64,000 nt of DNA from contig NC_043003.1 in the NCBI RefSeq assembly GCF_006345805.1, positions 55,366,001-55,430,000 on the forward strand, read 5' to 3'. The notes under the pieces are model-generated. The model was not told where the DNA came from, did not search any database, and saw only the letters and a program-made list of their open reading frames with translations. A program made the translations under genes and the position numbers. The stretch's first letter is position 1; the number at the start of each line of letters is the position of its first letter. Of this stretch, positions 25,919 to 38,340 are shown piece after piece. This DNA comes from Octopus sinensis (taxonomy: Eukaryota).

Positions 25919-28830
25919 AATTGTTTTCTTTACCGTAATTAATTCCATGATAGTCCAACGATTCTCAGTCGGTTTTTTTCTTCCATTCAATTAAAGATAT
26001 TTTAAGTAAATCGCATGAACGCTCGTGTGCATATTTACAGCTTTCATTTCGTTTTTTATTTATATCCAAGGCTTATTATAAAGAAGTTGGCTGTTTTCTC
26101 ACAAAGAAACAAATCTCCCTCACTAAAATTTGCACATCGAAAATACATGAATCTAAAATAAAAAGTACTTCTTTTCTTCTATAGTTTTCGTTTGGCTTAT
26201 AAAAGGAATTCTCAGAATATCAATTAACACATCATTCTTTTCTCTGAAAGCCCTAATGTTTTCCAGTTTAACTCTTAAACACCCGGTGTATAAGCGAGCA
26301 TCTCAATGACGTTTTAGTACAAATGAAACTGCAAATGAGACGAATGCATGTTGCCTGTTTCCAATGAGTTGTCTATATGTGTCTTCTTCCTGTCTGGTTT
26401 TTATTAAAAAGATATAGAGTCGAAATATTTGGGCAATTGACTGCCACATTATAGCTTGGTTTTTGCATTGTCACATAATGACTAGGTCAGTGGTGTTGTG
26501 TTTGTCGGATGTTTTAATAGGAATATTTCGCCTACGGGAAGTTTTCTTTCGGTTTCGAAGATGACAAATTATTTGTTCGATCTACTCAATTTACTGCTAA
26601 TTGGATTAACTTCTAAACGGTTGAGCATTTCACATCCATGCAAAAACCTTAATGTAATTTTAAGTAGAATGAATCAGACACAGTGCAAGCATAACTCAAG
26701 ATATATACCTTGAATTATGCTTGCACTGAGGAGTGAAAAGTGCATAAAACTGCACTGATTACGAAATTACAGTGTGACATGTAGCTGAAGTCTGTTTTTA
26801 AATGACTTGCTTCGAGAGTTGGTTTCGGTACGATGTGTTTATTTATTTTAGTAGTTTTGACTTTAAGAGTCCCTCCTAGCGTGTGGCATGTATGTGTAAT
26901 AATGACCTATGTATGTATTATGTATATATGTATGTACGTATGTATGTATATATAAGACCCTTTGGGCCTTCTTGACAACAATACTTCTCATAACCTTGAT
27001 TTCTCACTATCATACATATATATCTATGTGTGTGTGTGTGTGAGTGGTCAATCAAAAGAAAGGGTACTCAAAACATTTATTGGGAGTTAGATGTATTGTT
27101 CAAACCCCTAACGATGTTCTTCGTTAGGCTGGTCAGAATTCGAATCCGACTGGCCTGAAGCTTCGTTTAGGGGTTTCGAAACTTGAAGTAACACGGAATC
27201 TGAATCAGACTGTTTTGAACATCACGCACACACACACACACACATACACACACATGGATAGATACATGGATACCCGTGAATGTTGTTTTCATTTTATTAA
27301 TGTGTACATATGTGTATATGTGTATCTGTATGCGTCAGTCAATGCGCACAGGTCCGTATGTTTGAAGCATGTATTTGTATAAAAGGAAAGTCAGATTCAA
27401 TAGACATTTAGATATACCATCACATGTTATTCGGTGCATTTTTTTCCTTGTTCTTCGTTCAAATCGTTCCCGAATCGACTTCGTCATTCATACTTTCTTG
27501 GGGCAATAAATAATATAAAAGTTTACTACTATGTTCGAATTTAATCAGCCATAACGCTCTTTCTAGATAATATGTAACCTGTGCCTACATTAAAAATCTA
27601 TTTTACACAACATGTAAATTGCTACCATTGTGGTATATTTTTCCATATTCTTTATTGAAAATCTTTTTCCTCATACACATATATAATTGTTCGGTCTACT
27701 ACCCTCTGTTGTCCATCTATAAAATGTCTAGTCGGAAAAACTATTTTGATCTTTATGCCTATTTTAAGTTTTAATACACCAATAGTTCGTCTTCTGATAG
27801 GTACTGGCAAAAGTACCATTGTTTTTCTCTCTCCTTATGTACTATACACGTCCGATGCAGTAGATTATTATATCGAAAATAAAAAAATATCTGGAAATAC
27901 AGATGTAATTTCCATTTCAGTCTCTCTACTTATCTCGGAGAATAAGCGAGTTATTATGTATCGTAAACTTGCTCAAGTTTATGAAAATATTATTTCGCAG
28001 CTGGTAGTTTGAATTCTATTCAAATTTTCTGATGAAAACTGCTAGTAGTCCTGAAATAATATGACTATATGACGATATTAAACCTCACATAGTCTTTTTT
28101 ATTGTCTCCTTCTATTGTCCGTGCATGCAACGGACAAGATCTATCTCGTTCAATATATAATTTTGTTATTAACTTATTCAGAGGTGTTGATCCAGAGCTG
28201 TGATTATTTCACATAGCTGTTATTCTTCTTTTAGACAATAAATATTTTACACATCGATAGTGCGGCTCTCAATGAAACTGCTGGAAATAGCAGCTATGGC
28301 TCTTTCAAATCACACACTACTATCTCTGCAAAAGAGAAACCATAATGGATACTCAAGATCTAGCTTAAACAGTAGTTTACAAAATCTATGATGGTAATAG
28401 CTTAAATGTCCCTTATCATGCATATGTATTATTTAGGTTTGAATAACAACATCTATAGAATATAATGAGTTTTTTGGCAGAAGTGTGAGGCACAATGCGT
28501 AAGATGTACAAAAATTTTGACTTAGAGAAAAAAATGTTTTTCAAGTACTACCATACAAATACTATATCAGCTAAGTAAATGATGTTTTCTAAATGCATTC
28601 AACTAGAACAGAATCTGAACACTATTTCCGAAAGTCATCTCCTTTCTATTTGAGTATATAAAAGACAAGTGTAGTTGTGGCAAAATGAGTATGGCAAGAT
28701 AGGGAAAATTTGCCCCGTCAATTCTCCAGAATTACATTTTAGAAAAGACTTATATACATCAATTTACATCGCAGACGTCAAAACTTGCAGACATGCAAGA
28801 AAAATATAAAATATCAGATGAAATTGATAG

Positions 28831-28999
28831 AGGCGCAGGAGTGGCTATGTGGTAAGTAGCTTGCTTACCAACCACACGGTTATGGGTTCAGTCCTACTAC
28901 GTGGCACCTTGGGCAAGTGTCTTCTACTATAGCATCGGGCCGACCAAAGCCTTCTGAGTTGATCTGGTAGACGGAAACTGAAAGAAACCCGCCGTATAC

Positions 29000-29033
<34 letters not shown>

Positions 29034-29297
29034 ATGTGTGTGTATGTGTGTGTGTGAGTGTGTGTCTGTGTGTTTGTGTATTTGTGTGTTTGTGTTTGCC
29101 CAAGCAACATCGCTTGAAAACCGATGCTAGCATGTTTACATCCCGGTAACTTAGCGGTTCGGCAAAAGGGACGATAAAATACGTACTAGGCATACAAAGA
29201 ATAAGTCTCGGGGTCGATTTTCTCGACTAAAGGCGGTGCTCCAGCATGGCCGCAGTCAAATTACTGAAAAAAGTAAAAGAGTAAAAGAGTAAAAGAG
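28831..29297 (+). mobile_element. SINE family A, full-length
   Basis: Complete head, internal microsatellite and (gtaaaaga)n tail. Confidence 0.9.
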
Positions 29298-29328
29298 AGG
29301 ATCAGGGGAAAATGGCACATAATATGAA

Positions 29329-29462
29329 ATTTAATTTGTCAAAATATTTTCGTCACTTTGAGACTGCGACCTGTTCACTGACAGAACTCCGATGCAGGAC
29401 GGAGTTTTGTCAGTGAACAGGTTGCGGTCTCAAAGCGACGAAAATATCTTAACAAATTAAAT
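29329..29462. repeat. Inverted repeat with 63-bp arms and an 8-nt loop; each arm carries a hammerhead-like motif
   Basis: The arms differ at 6 of 63 positions, all transitions. The left arm on the minus strand reads tgtca-GTGAACA-g-gtcgc[..]gtgac-GAAA-atat-TT-tgaca. Confidence 0.85.
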
Positions 29463-29594
29463 CTAAATGTTGAAGTGAATCTAACGGTTTATGTGTGTTT
29501 CTTAAATGGCTTATAAACACCTTCCGCGCTGCATTTGTTTTTGTTCCAGCACACGATCTCACACAGGTCACTTGCTATGCAAGTAAATCTTCGG

Positions 29595-29653
<59 letters not shown>

Positions 29654-29720
29654 TGTTAAATTGATGGTATTATTAAATTAATATCCAACTTTCCACCCTT
29701 AATTTTTGATATATATATAT

Positions 29721-29751
<31 letters not shown>

Positions 29752-29774
29752 ATATATATATATAATACTAAAAT

Positions 29775-30090
29775 AATGATTTCAGTCATTGAACTTTGGC
29801 CAAGCTGGAGCACCTCCTTCAACGGATTTAGCCGAGCAAATCAACCCCAGTACTTATTTCTGAAGTCCAGTACATGTTCTCTCAGTCTGTTCTGCCGGAC
29901 TGCTAAGTTATGAGGACGTAAAAACATACCAACACCGGTTGACTAACGATGATAGTATACAAAGATGCGCGCAGGCACACACACACATACACAAACACAA
30001 ACACAGCCACCCATATATATATAGATACTCGATAGGCGTCCTATCAGTTTCTGTATGCCAAATCCACTCGCAAATGTTTGGGCAACACGA
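29775..30090 (-). mobile_element. SINE family A, degenerate
   Basis: ttcagtcatt...gctggagcacc...aaatccactc. Confidence 0.7.
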
Positions 30091-30271
30091 TATTATGTTA
30101 AAAAAGAAAAGACACACACACATATATATATATATAGACGCGAGGGTTTGTATATTTACATACATAATCCGTACATACATACATACATATGCATACCTAT
30201 ATAGGTTAAATAAAATGTGACAACCAAGCCAAGGCAGTGTGAAATTTCTATGACATATAAAGAGGAGGGCA

Positions 30272-30318
30272 GCTTTACAGCTGTTTCAGGGTCATAATAG
30301 ATATCCATCATCAGAGAC
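30272..30318 (-). ncRNA. Hammerhead motif with degenerate stem I
   Basis: gtct-CTGATGA-tggatat..atgaccct-GAAA-cagctg-TA; homologous to 59688-59735. Confidence 0.55.
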
Positions 30319-30394
30319 ACAGTTTCTTTTGTATACACAAACGTATTTGTAACAATGCCTATCTATGGACATATGCTCTTTATGCATATGTAAT

Positions 30395-30523
30395 TAGACA
30401 GACAAATAAACAGACAGACGAAGAGACATATAGATAGATATATAGACAAATTGATAGATTGTTATATAGATAGATATACAGATGGTGAGATAGACAGATA
30501 GATAGACAGATAGATTGATAGAT

Positions 30524-30578
<55 letters not shown>

Positions 30579-30601
30579 TATAGATAGACAGATAGATAGC
30601 C

Positions 30602-30681
<80 letters not shown>

Positions 30682-30682
30682 G
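30395..30682. repeat. (GATA)n microsatellite
   Basis: Direct inspection; representative of dozens of (TA)n, (CA)n, (TACA)n and (GATA)n tracts in the window. Confidence 0.95.
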
Positions 30683-31225
30683 GACATATAGGCAACTACA
30701 CTCATTCATCAAGTATCTTCACGTTCTTGTACTACTGTATGGCTTTGTTTAGATAAATTTTCGAATATATGCACACATGTTCATTTACACATATGCATAT
30801 AAATATTAGTATAAGTAGGCTCTTTTAAGCTACATTGAACTTTAAAAAAAATGCATCAGATATGTGATCATTTAAAAAGGCATCTGACAAAAACACACGA
30901 GAATAAACATGAAAAATATAGAAACAAAGTTTATATGAAATAAAGAGAAAATATGTTAGACTGCACAAGTAAACAAAATAAAAAAAGTATAAACAGTAAC
31001 AAAAGTAGTAACGAAAACAAAATGAAAAAAGAAACATGAATAAAATCATGATTGAGATATGTAGAGAAAATGTAGGGACGACAAAAAAAGAAGGAAAAGA
31101 AACGAGGAGAGATAATTATAGAAGAGAAAGAAAACATTTGAAAAGATCGCAATCGGAGAGAAGGTATTTATTTGTACGTCTCCGTGCAGGAGAGACCGGT
31201 CAATGTGCTTAGGCATCTGTGGTGA

Positions 31226-31265
<40 letters not shown>

Positions 31266-31624
31266 TGTGTGTGTGAGTGTGTGTGTATGAGTGTATTTGA
31301 GAGAGAGAGAGTGAGTCAGAGAGTGTGTTTGAGACAGAGAGATAGAGAGAGAGATGTCAGTTTTTAGATTAGAGAATACGAGTAGAAAGATTAAGAAAGC
31401 ACTGGTAAAATTATAGGAAGACATCAGATTGGGATTTTGTGTGTATGATTATGTGTGTGTGCGTGTGTGTGTGTGTGAGTGTGTGTGTGTGTGCGTGCAC
31501 GTTTGTAAACACACAATTTTGGGGAGAAAAACCAGCTATGATAGAGTACGAATGCAGCAAAATAAGCAGATGAAAGGAAGAGAAACGACAAAGTGGTTAA
31601 CAAAAATACTTGTAATATACATAT

Positions 31625-31830
31625 AAGGTGGTGGGGTGGTAGAATCGTTAGCACGCCGAAGAAAGTGCTTAGAGGTATTTCGTCCGTTTTTACGTTCTTA
31701 ATTCTAGTCCTACCGAGGTTGATTTCGATTCTCATCCTTTCGGGGTCGATAAAATAACTACCTGCTGAGCTCTGGGGTCACTGTAATATCCCTTTTCTGA
31801 AATTTCTGGTCTTGTGCTAAATTTTAAACT
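31625..31830 (+). mobile_element. SINE family B
   Basis: agaatcgttagcacgccg...tcatcctttcggggtcgataaa. Confidence 0.75.
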
Positions 31831-31924
31831 ACTATACTATGTATGTGTGTGTGTGTGTGTGTGTGTGCATGATGTAAGAATAATACATGTGCGTAAGCTG
31901 CAAGTCCACACATTTATTCATGAA

Positions 31925-32519
31925 CAGCTCGGTCGCCCATTATAGGCACCTTGCAACTTTTTGTTTCGTGGCCCCATTCCAGCAATAAAAAAAACCATAA
32001 TCATAATCTGCGCACCTTTTATACATAGCTATATATTACTTTATTCTATCTAAAGTTCAATATTACACGTTATCCTAAAGAATATCTTTAACAGAACAAG
32101 TTAAATTTATTTAGCTCTATTACAAATTTCAAATAACTAAAACTTCCAGATATGAATTAAAGAACGCTTTTATCATCCAGGCAAGTTTCAAAGACAAACA
32201 CGGCGGACATTTCTCTTCGCGAAATCATCGATTAGTTCAGAATAATGAAGCTGAGAGCTACGTTCGTGTTCAATAGATATCATTGACAATCCACAGAGTC
32301 TGGTACACGTTCGTGGTACAAAGAGATATTTTTTACAAGTACTTTTGCAGGTACAATGTATTACTATTTTATTTGTTAAAATTTCATTTAACATAAACAA
32401 TTTAATTCTTGTTCAACATCTTAATGAAAGAAAATAGATGACTTATCTTAAGATATCCCCCTACCGACCGCGGAGCCCCCTTTGACTGAAAGTGTTGCAG
32501 GGGCTTAATGACGCCCCTG
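31925..32519 (-). mobile_element. hAT transposon deletion derivative (595 bp)
   Basis: 8-bp TSD ttcatgaa at 31917-31924 and 32520-32527, CAG...CTG termini, and a dimerization-domain remnant LCGLSMISIEHE...YSELIDDFAKRNVRR. Confidence 0.85.
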
Positions 32520-33364
32520 TTCATGAACTCTGGATATGACTATATGTATACTCACTTACACGCTTAGATACACGCACATAGATCCCAAAGATGAGTGAAT
32601 GTGATTCTAATATATATCTAGATATATGTATGCATGTTTTTTTTTTTTTATATGCGTGTATGACTGTGCCTTAGATCTTTCAGAAAACCCAAAAAGAAAT
32701 TCATGTCTCATTTGACAGAATAATATTTTTAAAGTAGCATTAAAATCGATAAACCCACATCAGAGGTCTCTCCAATGTTATATCACAAGTACGTGTAAGA
32801 AAACAAATCTAAGTCTACACAATTAACTGAATTTATTGAACAAAGAAGCGAAACATTTAGCCTCCGTCCACAAGGTGGATAGCAGAATAGAATGTCTGGC
32901 AATTTACCAACCCTTATATTTCATGAAAGGACAAATTTAATCATAGAAATTTTGTTGTAGATCACTCAATACCGCTTTATTGACCCGGCGACTATCGAAA
33001 ATGTGTGATCGCTGGTACATTATACATTTGATCAACAACAATATAATGCAAGCAAGAAACGTTCTATCTTGAAACAATAGCATTTCAGCCATTAAGTTAT
33101 TCAGTGACTTCCGTAATTACAATGGCTGCAATTTTACACAGACATGACGAAAGTCTACTCTTCACTAACCAAATCACGCTTTTGCAAAAGCCTTTGTTTT
33201 GGAGTAAGTGTCGTCAAAGACATACTTGTGTTTAAGATATTGCTGATAAAAAAAAAAGGCCAGTTAGTTCTAAGATTAAGTAAATGTGTCTGGATTCAAT
33301 GAAATAATTCTATTACAAAAAAAACGCATTCATGCACGTCGAATCTGTCTTTGATGATCTTTTA

Positions 33365-33973
33365 CTGATTCAAGTTATCGGAATGAGATCAAGCTGGAGC
33401 AACACCTTGAAGGATTTTAGTCGAACAAATTGACCCCGATACTTATCTTTTGTCTTTACCGAACCACTAACAAGCTGTGTGTGGAAAGAAACAAAGGCGC
33501 AAAACACAAACACACACAGAAACACACACACACACACACACAAACATATATACATATACGGCTGATTTAAGCACTACTTACGTCTACCAAATTCACACAC
33601 AGAGCATTGGTCGGGTCGAGCCTACAGTCGGTGACAATTTCCCAATGTGTGACGCAGTTGATAGGAACCCCAAAAGGACGTGATTGTAAAGCAAGCTTCT
33701 TATTTCTTTACTACCCACAAAGGGGCGACACACAGAGGGAACAGACAAGGACAGACAAACGTAATAAGTCGATTACATCGACCCCAGTGCGTAACTAGTA
33801 CTTATTTAATCGACGCAGAAAGGATGAAACGCAAAGTCGACCTCGGCGGATTTGAACTCAGAACGTAGCGGCAGACGAAATACCGCCAAGCATTTCGCCT
33901 GACGTGCTAACGTTTCTGTCAGCTCGCCGCCTTGTAAAGCAACCTTCTTAGCAACATACACATGCCTGTGCCT
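33365..33973 (-). mobile_element. Old SINE family A copy interrupted by a family B SINE
   Basis: The head resumes after 33950 (..cctgtgcctat). Confidence 0.65.
33703..33933 (-). mobile_element. SINE family B (aaggcggcgagctg head), Tx1-like-tail variant, with ~19-bp TSD
   Basis: B-box gagttcaaatcc; TSD ttgtaaagcaa(g/c)cttctta at 33684-33702 and 33932-33950. Confidence 0.88.
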
Positions 33974-35032
33974 ATATGTATATATACTTATATATATATG
34001 CAAATGTACACGGTTGCTTCAGTGCACCAGTGAAAATATTGACGTCCCCGTTTTTGTCAGCAGATATACACAACAATGGATGACTTCCATGCGACTCTAA
34101 TAATCTCAAATGATGTATAACTATCGCACCTATACAACTCAGCAGCGTCACACTATCTATAACCTCTGGTGTTGTATATGTGGGCGGAAAGCATTGATAT
34201 GTATATTTATGTACATATATACATCCCACTATGTTTCTTGAACAATTTTATTCACATAGATAATATATGCACTTCTGTGAACGTGTCAACCACCTGTAAC
34301 ATACGAAACAAAAGTAATGATCATAAGTGTACATATATATGCACGAACATGTATACACACATGCCTGTAATACTGAACAAATACACTCTGGTTATGACAA
34401 GATATTACATTATATGTTATATAAACTTTAGCATCCATAACAATGCATAATCACGCTTCACACCATGCTGAAAGAATGTCAGATTCTTCGATATTTCTCC
34501 TACCTTACATTCGTCATCCACCTGTCATCTCTTTCATGTCTTTCTTATTTTCCCCCCACCATCCCTAACCTATCCTACACGGTTCCTTCTAACGTATCAT
34601 CCTTATACACTCAGTCTTCTGTCACCTTTTTCTCTATCAGTCATAATCCCCACTCGTTTTTATTCTCTCTTAACATTTCTCACTGTTTTATTATTTTTAA
34701 TTGCTTATCCACACATGCATATTCCATAAGATAAGAATTTTTTTGTACAGTGTTTCATATTTTCTAAATTTAACATGTATATGTAGTTTATAAGTGTTTT
34801 TACAAAAATTTCTTTAAAAGGGTTACATGTTTGGATGTACATGTATCCATAGTTATAAGTAACTTGTATGCATCTATTTACCTGCGCGAACACGTACGGA
34901 TGGTGTGTGTGTCTGTGTGTGTGTGTGTGCATGTATGCGAACATGCCCATATTTTTCAAGAGCATTTGTGTATGCTCAAGAACAGGTGTTCTACTACATT
35001 CGCGCTGCACATACACAGACACACGCACACAC

Positions 35033-35167
35033 ACGCACTTGCACACACACACGCACTTGCACACACACACGAACTTGCACACACACACGCACTTGCACAC
35101 ACACACGCACTTGCACACACACACGCACTTGCACACACACACGCACTTGCACACACACACACTTGCG
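35033..35167. repeat. 18-bp minisatellite (gcacttgcacacacacac) x ~7
   Basis: Direct inspection. Confidence 0.9.
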
Positions 35168-35345
35168 CGAACAAAGACACACACATGCATATGTGTGTAA
35201 GTATGCATATAGTTTAACAGACAGAGAGTTAGATATATAGATCGATAGACAGACAGACAGGAGAATATATAGATAGATGGATAGAGAGCTAGCTTGCTAT
35301 CTAGCTAGACAGATAGATAGATGGACAGCTAGATAGTGAGAGAGC

Positions 35346-35403
<58 letters not shown>

Positions 35404-35414
35404 CATAGATAGAT

Positions 35415-35564
35415 AGAGAGAGAGAGAGAGGTAGATAGACAGATAGATAGACGGAGAGATAGATAAATAATTGGATAGATGGGTAGATAGATAGAAAGAT
35501 GGCTAGATAATTGGATAAATAGATAGACAGACAGAGATAGACAAATAGATACATAGATAGACTG

Positions 35565-35617
<53 letters not shown>

Positions 35618-35762
35618 GATAGACAGATAGATAGACGGATAGATAGATAGATAATTGGATAGATGGGTAGATATATAGAAAGATGGCTAGATAATTGGAT
35701 AAATAGATAGACAGACAGAGATAGACAAATAGATACATAGATAGACTGATAGATAGATAGAT
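35415..35762. repeat. Two copies of a ~180-bp (GATA)/(GA)-derived minisatellite unit, left of the LINE
   Basis: The unit aggtagatagacagatagatagacgga...aattggatagatgggtag...gactgatag is repeated. Confidence 0.9.
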
Positions 35763-36136
35763 ATGTTTCTTTATTAGCCACACAGGGCTGCACACAGATA
35801 GAACAAATTACAAGGTAGAGCTTTTCTTTTGAAGGTTAAAAAAAAAAAAAAAGGAAGGGGTGAGTTTCGATCAAAAGGGATCGTAAAAGGAGAGAAAGAG
35901 GACAAAAAAAAAGGGGGGTTAAAAAAAAGGAGGAGAGGAAAAAAAAAATCGATCAATAGGGATCGTTATCACAGAAATGTCAATATGAAGTGTAAAGGGG
36001 AGGACAGGTGAGGTTTACCCGTGGAAAGAAAAGCCTACGGAAAAGACCACGGTAACCTCGGTCAATGGAGTCACATGTTATATTTCTTTTTTTTTTTTTT
36101 TTGCGAATAAGCAACTCTCTGTTTTCAATTTCTGGT

Positions 36137-38340
36137 TCATAGGATCATGCTCAAGGTGGCTTCGTCATTCATACGTGCCATTCTTGCTACATTCACCCAT
36201 CTTTTTTTAAAACATTCGCTAGACAAAACTTGCCTCTCTACTCTCACTTTCCTTTTCAAGTGGTACTTGAAGAAGTTGATGAGAGATTGACCAGAGAGGA
36301 AAGTGTTTGTCTCCAATCCTTTCAGACGCGTCCACCAGATACATTCTTTCGCCATAGCCACAAGGATGATGAAAATAGCTCTTCCTTCCCGTTTGAAGGA
36401 GGGAGGCGTGACAATATTGACGATAGACTCAGCTGATAAACCGACTCGTCCCACACGTGACAGCAGTTGTTCGACATAAGCCCACAGGTCGGAAATTGTT
36501 GGACACTGCACGAGTGCGTGCAGAACGGTTTCGTCGCTCTGACCGCATCTCGGGCAGGTCGGCCCCGTTTTTCTCGAGCCGTGTCTGTAGAGCTTATCCC
36601 GAACGGGTAGCGCTTTTCGGTAGCACTGCCAGGCCAGGGATCTCTGGAAGTTGTCTATGGGCCCTGGCCCGAAATTCGTCCTGAACAGGCGGGTCAGGTA
36701 CTCCTCGTCGAGGTCCAGGTTCGCCCCGAGCTCGTCGTTGTACCTCCCCTCCACTAAACCCCAATAGAATGCTTTGGTTGTGTTGAAGTCACTCAAGGTC
36801 GACCCAGGACGGCAGAGTTGCTTGAGAGCAACGCGACACTCGCGGTGCCATTCGCCCTTCTTCGGCCTCTTTTTGATCCACGACTGCAGTTCGGTCATGG
36901 AGACGAGCTGCGGGAAAGCGTGCATCACAAACGGCGACCACACCTGTTCACCGTCGTCTACATAGAGCCAGAGATGTCGCAGTCTCAGCGCGTGTCTGCG
37001 TATCATCAACCACGGCATGCCCAGCCCTCCTTTTAACGGGTGTTGACAGCAAATGGATCGCCTGACCATCGGGACGCATCCTTTCCACAAGAAGCGAAAG
37101 AGAATGCGTTGTAGTTTGGTGATGGTAGGGTCGGGACAAGGTACGACGGTCAGGCGGTAGTAGATGACGGACGCGATGTACGTGTTCGCCACCTCCACCC
37201 GACCTTTTAGGGACAGTTTCCTCTCGGCCCATTGCCGGGCGAGAGTGACCACCCTACTCGTTATCTCATTCCAGTTCTTCTCCACTTGGAGGTCTGGACC
37301 AAACCAGACCCCGAGCAACTCAACCGGGCCGTCGGTCCAGCGTCCCACGACGGAGGCGCTGGTGGACGGCATGGGCTTGCTTCTCCAGGTGCCTAGTCGC
37401 AAGCCCACTGACTTTTCCCGGTTGATTTTCGCTCCTGTCACCGCTTCGTAGTTTTTCAGTGTCTCGCCGACCTGCTCGATATGCTCGTGGCTAGACACTA
37501 TGACGGTGACGTCGTCCGCGTATGCAGACACGCTCGTCCCGCATCCCAGTTCTCGCGGGATGCCTCTCAAGGTTGCCAGCTTCCGCAATAATGGCTCGAG
37601 AGCCAATACGTATAGAAGCGACGAGAGGGGGAATCCCTGACGGACCGAACGTGCGATGTCGAAGGGTCTCGATAGATGTCCATTGACGCGAATTACCGAA
37701 CGGATGCCTCTGTACAAAGCGGCTATCCAGCCGCGGAAGACGGGTCCGAAGCCAGCCGCTCCGAGGACCGCCTCCAAGTATCGATGGTCCACCCTATCGA
37801 AAGCTTTCGATTGATCCAAATTGATCAGCGCCCCACCCATGCCAGGTTCGTTAACTACCCTGTCTATGATGTAGCGCATCAGGTGGAGGTTGTCATGGAT
37901 GGTCCGGCCTGGCACGGCGCATGTTTGCGCCCTGTCGACCAGTTTCTCGATGACAAGCGCCAACCTCTTGGCTAGCACCTTGGCCAAAATTTTCAAGTCT
38001 GCATTAAGCAGAGTGATGGGCCTAAAGTTAGCTATTACATTTCCCTTGTTTAGATCTTTCTTCAGCAGTGTTACGGCTCCTCGGCTCACAAAACCAGGAA
38101 TGCTCCCGTTTTGCTGCCTGTTGCAGTACACCGCCGCCAAGAGATCTCCAAACAAGTCTGGCATACAATTGTAAAGCTCGTAGGGTAGACCATCCAAACC
38201 CGGTGATTTGTCCCTCGAGCATTCTGCCATCGCTTCCTGCACTTCCGCCGCCGTGATGGCACCTTCGCAGCACCCTGCCTTTCTTGTCGAGAGTCGTGGT
38301 AGTCTATGTAGGTAGGCACTGAAGTCTACCCTACGTTCTT
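36137..38340 (-). CDS. LINE ORF2 C-terminal part: reverse transcriptase and zinc-binding domain
   Basis: Motifs KSPGLDGLP, FRPITLLNAD.K, DQSKAFDRV, VRQG.PLS, YADD, GGLG.P and CPRC...ETVLHALVQC. The frame is open upstream of 38242 to about 38340 and is separated from the endonuclease part by a frameshift. Confidence 0.95.

Noticed and set aside
28025-28070. CTGATGA...GAAA hammerhead candidate
   Set aside because: No stem I partner, and a G at the cleavage position.
35033-35167. Regular repeats resembling a CRISPR array
   Set aside because: There are no unique spacers; this is a eukaryotic minisatellite.
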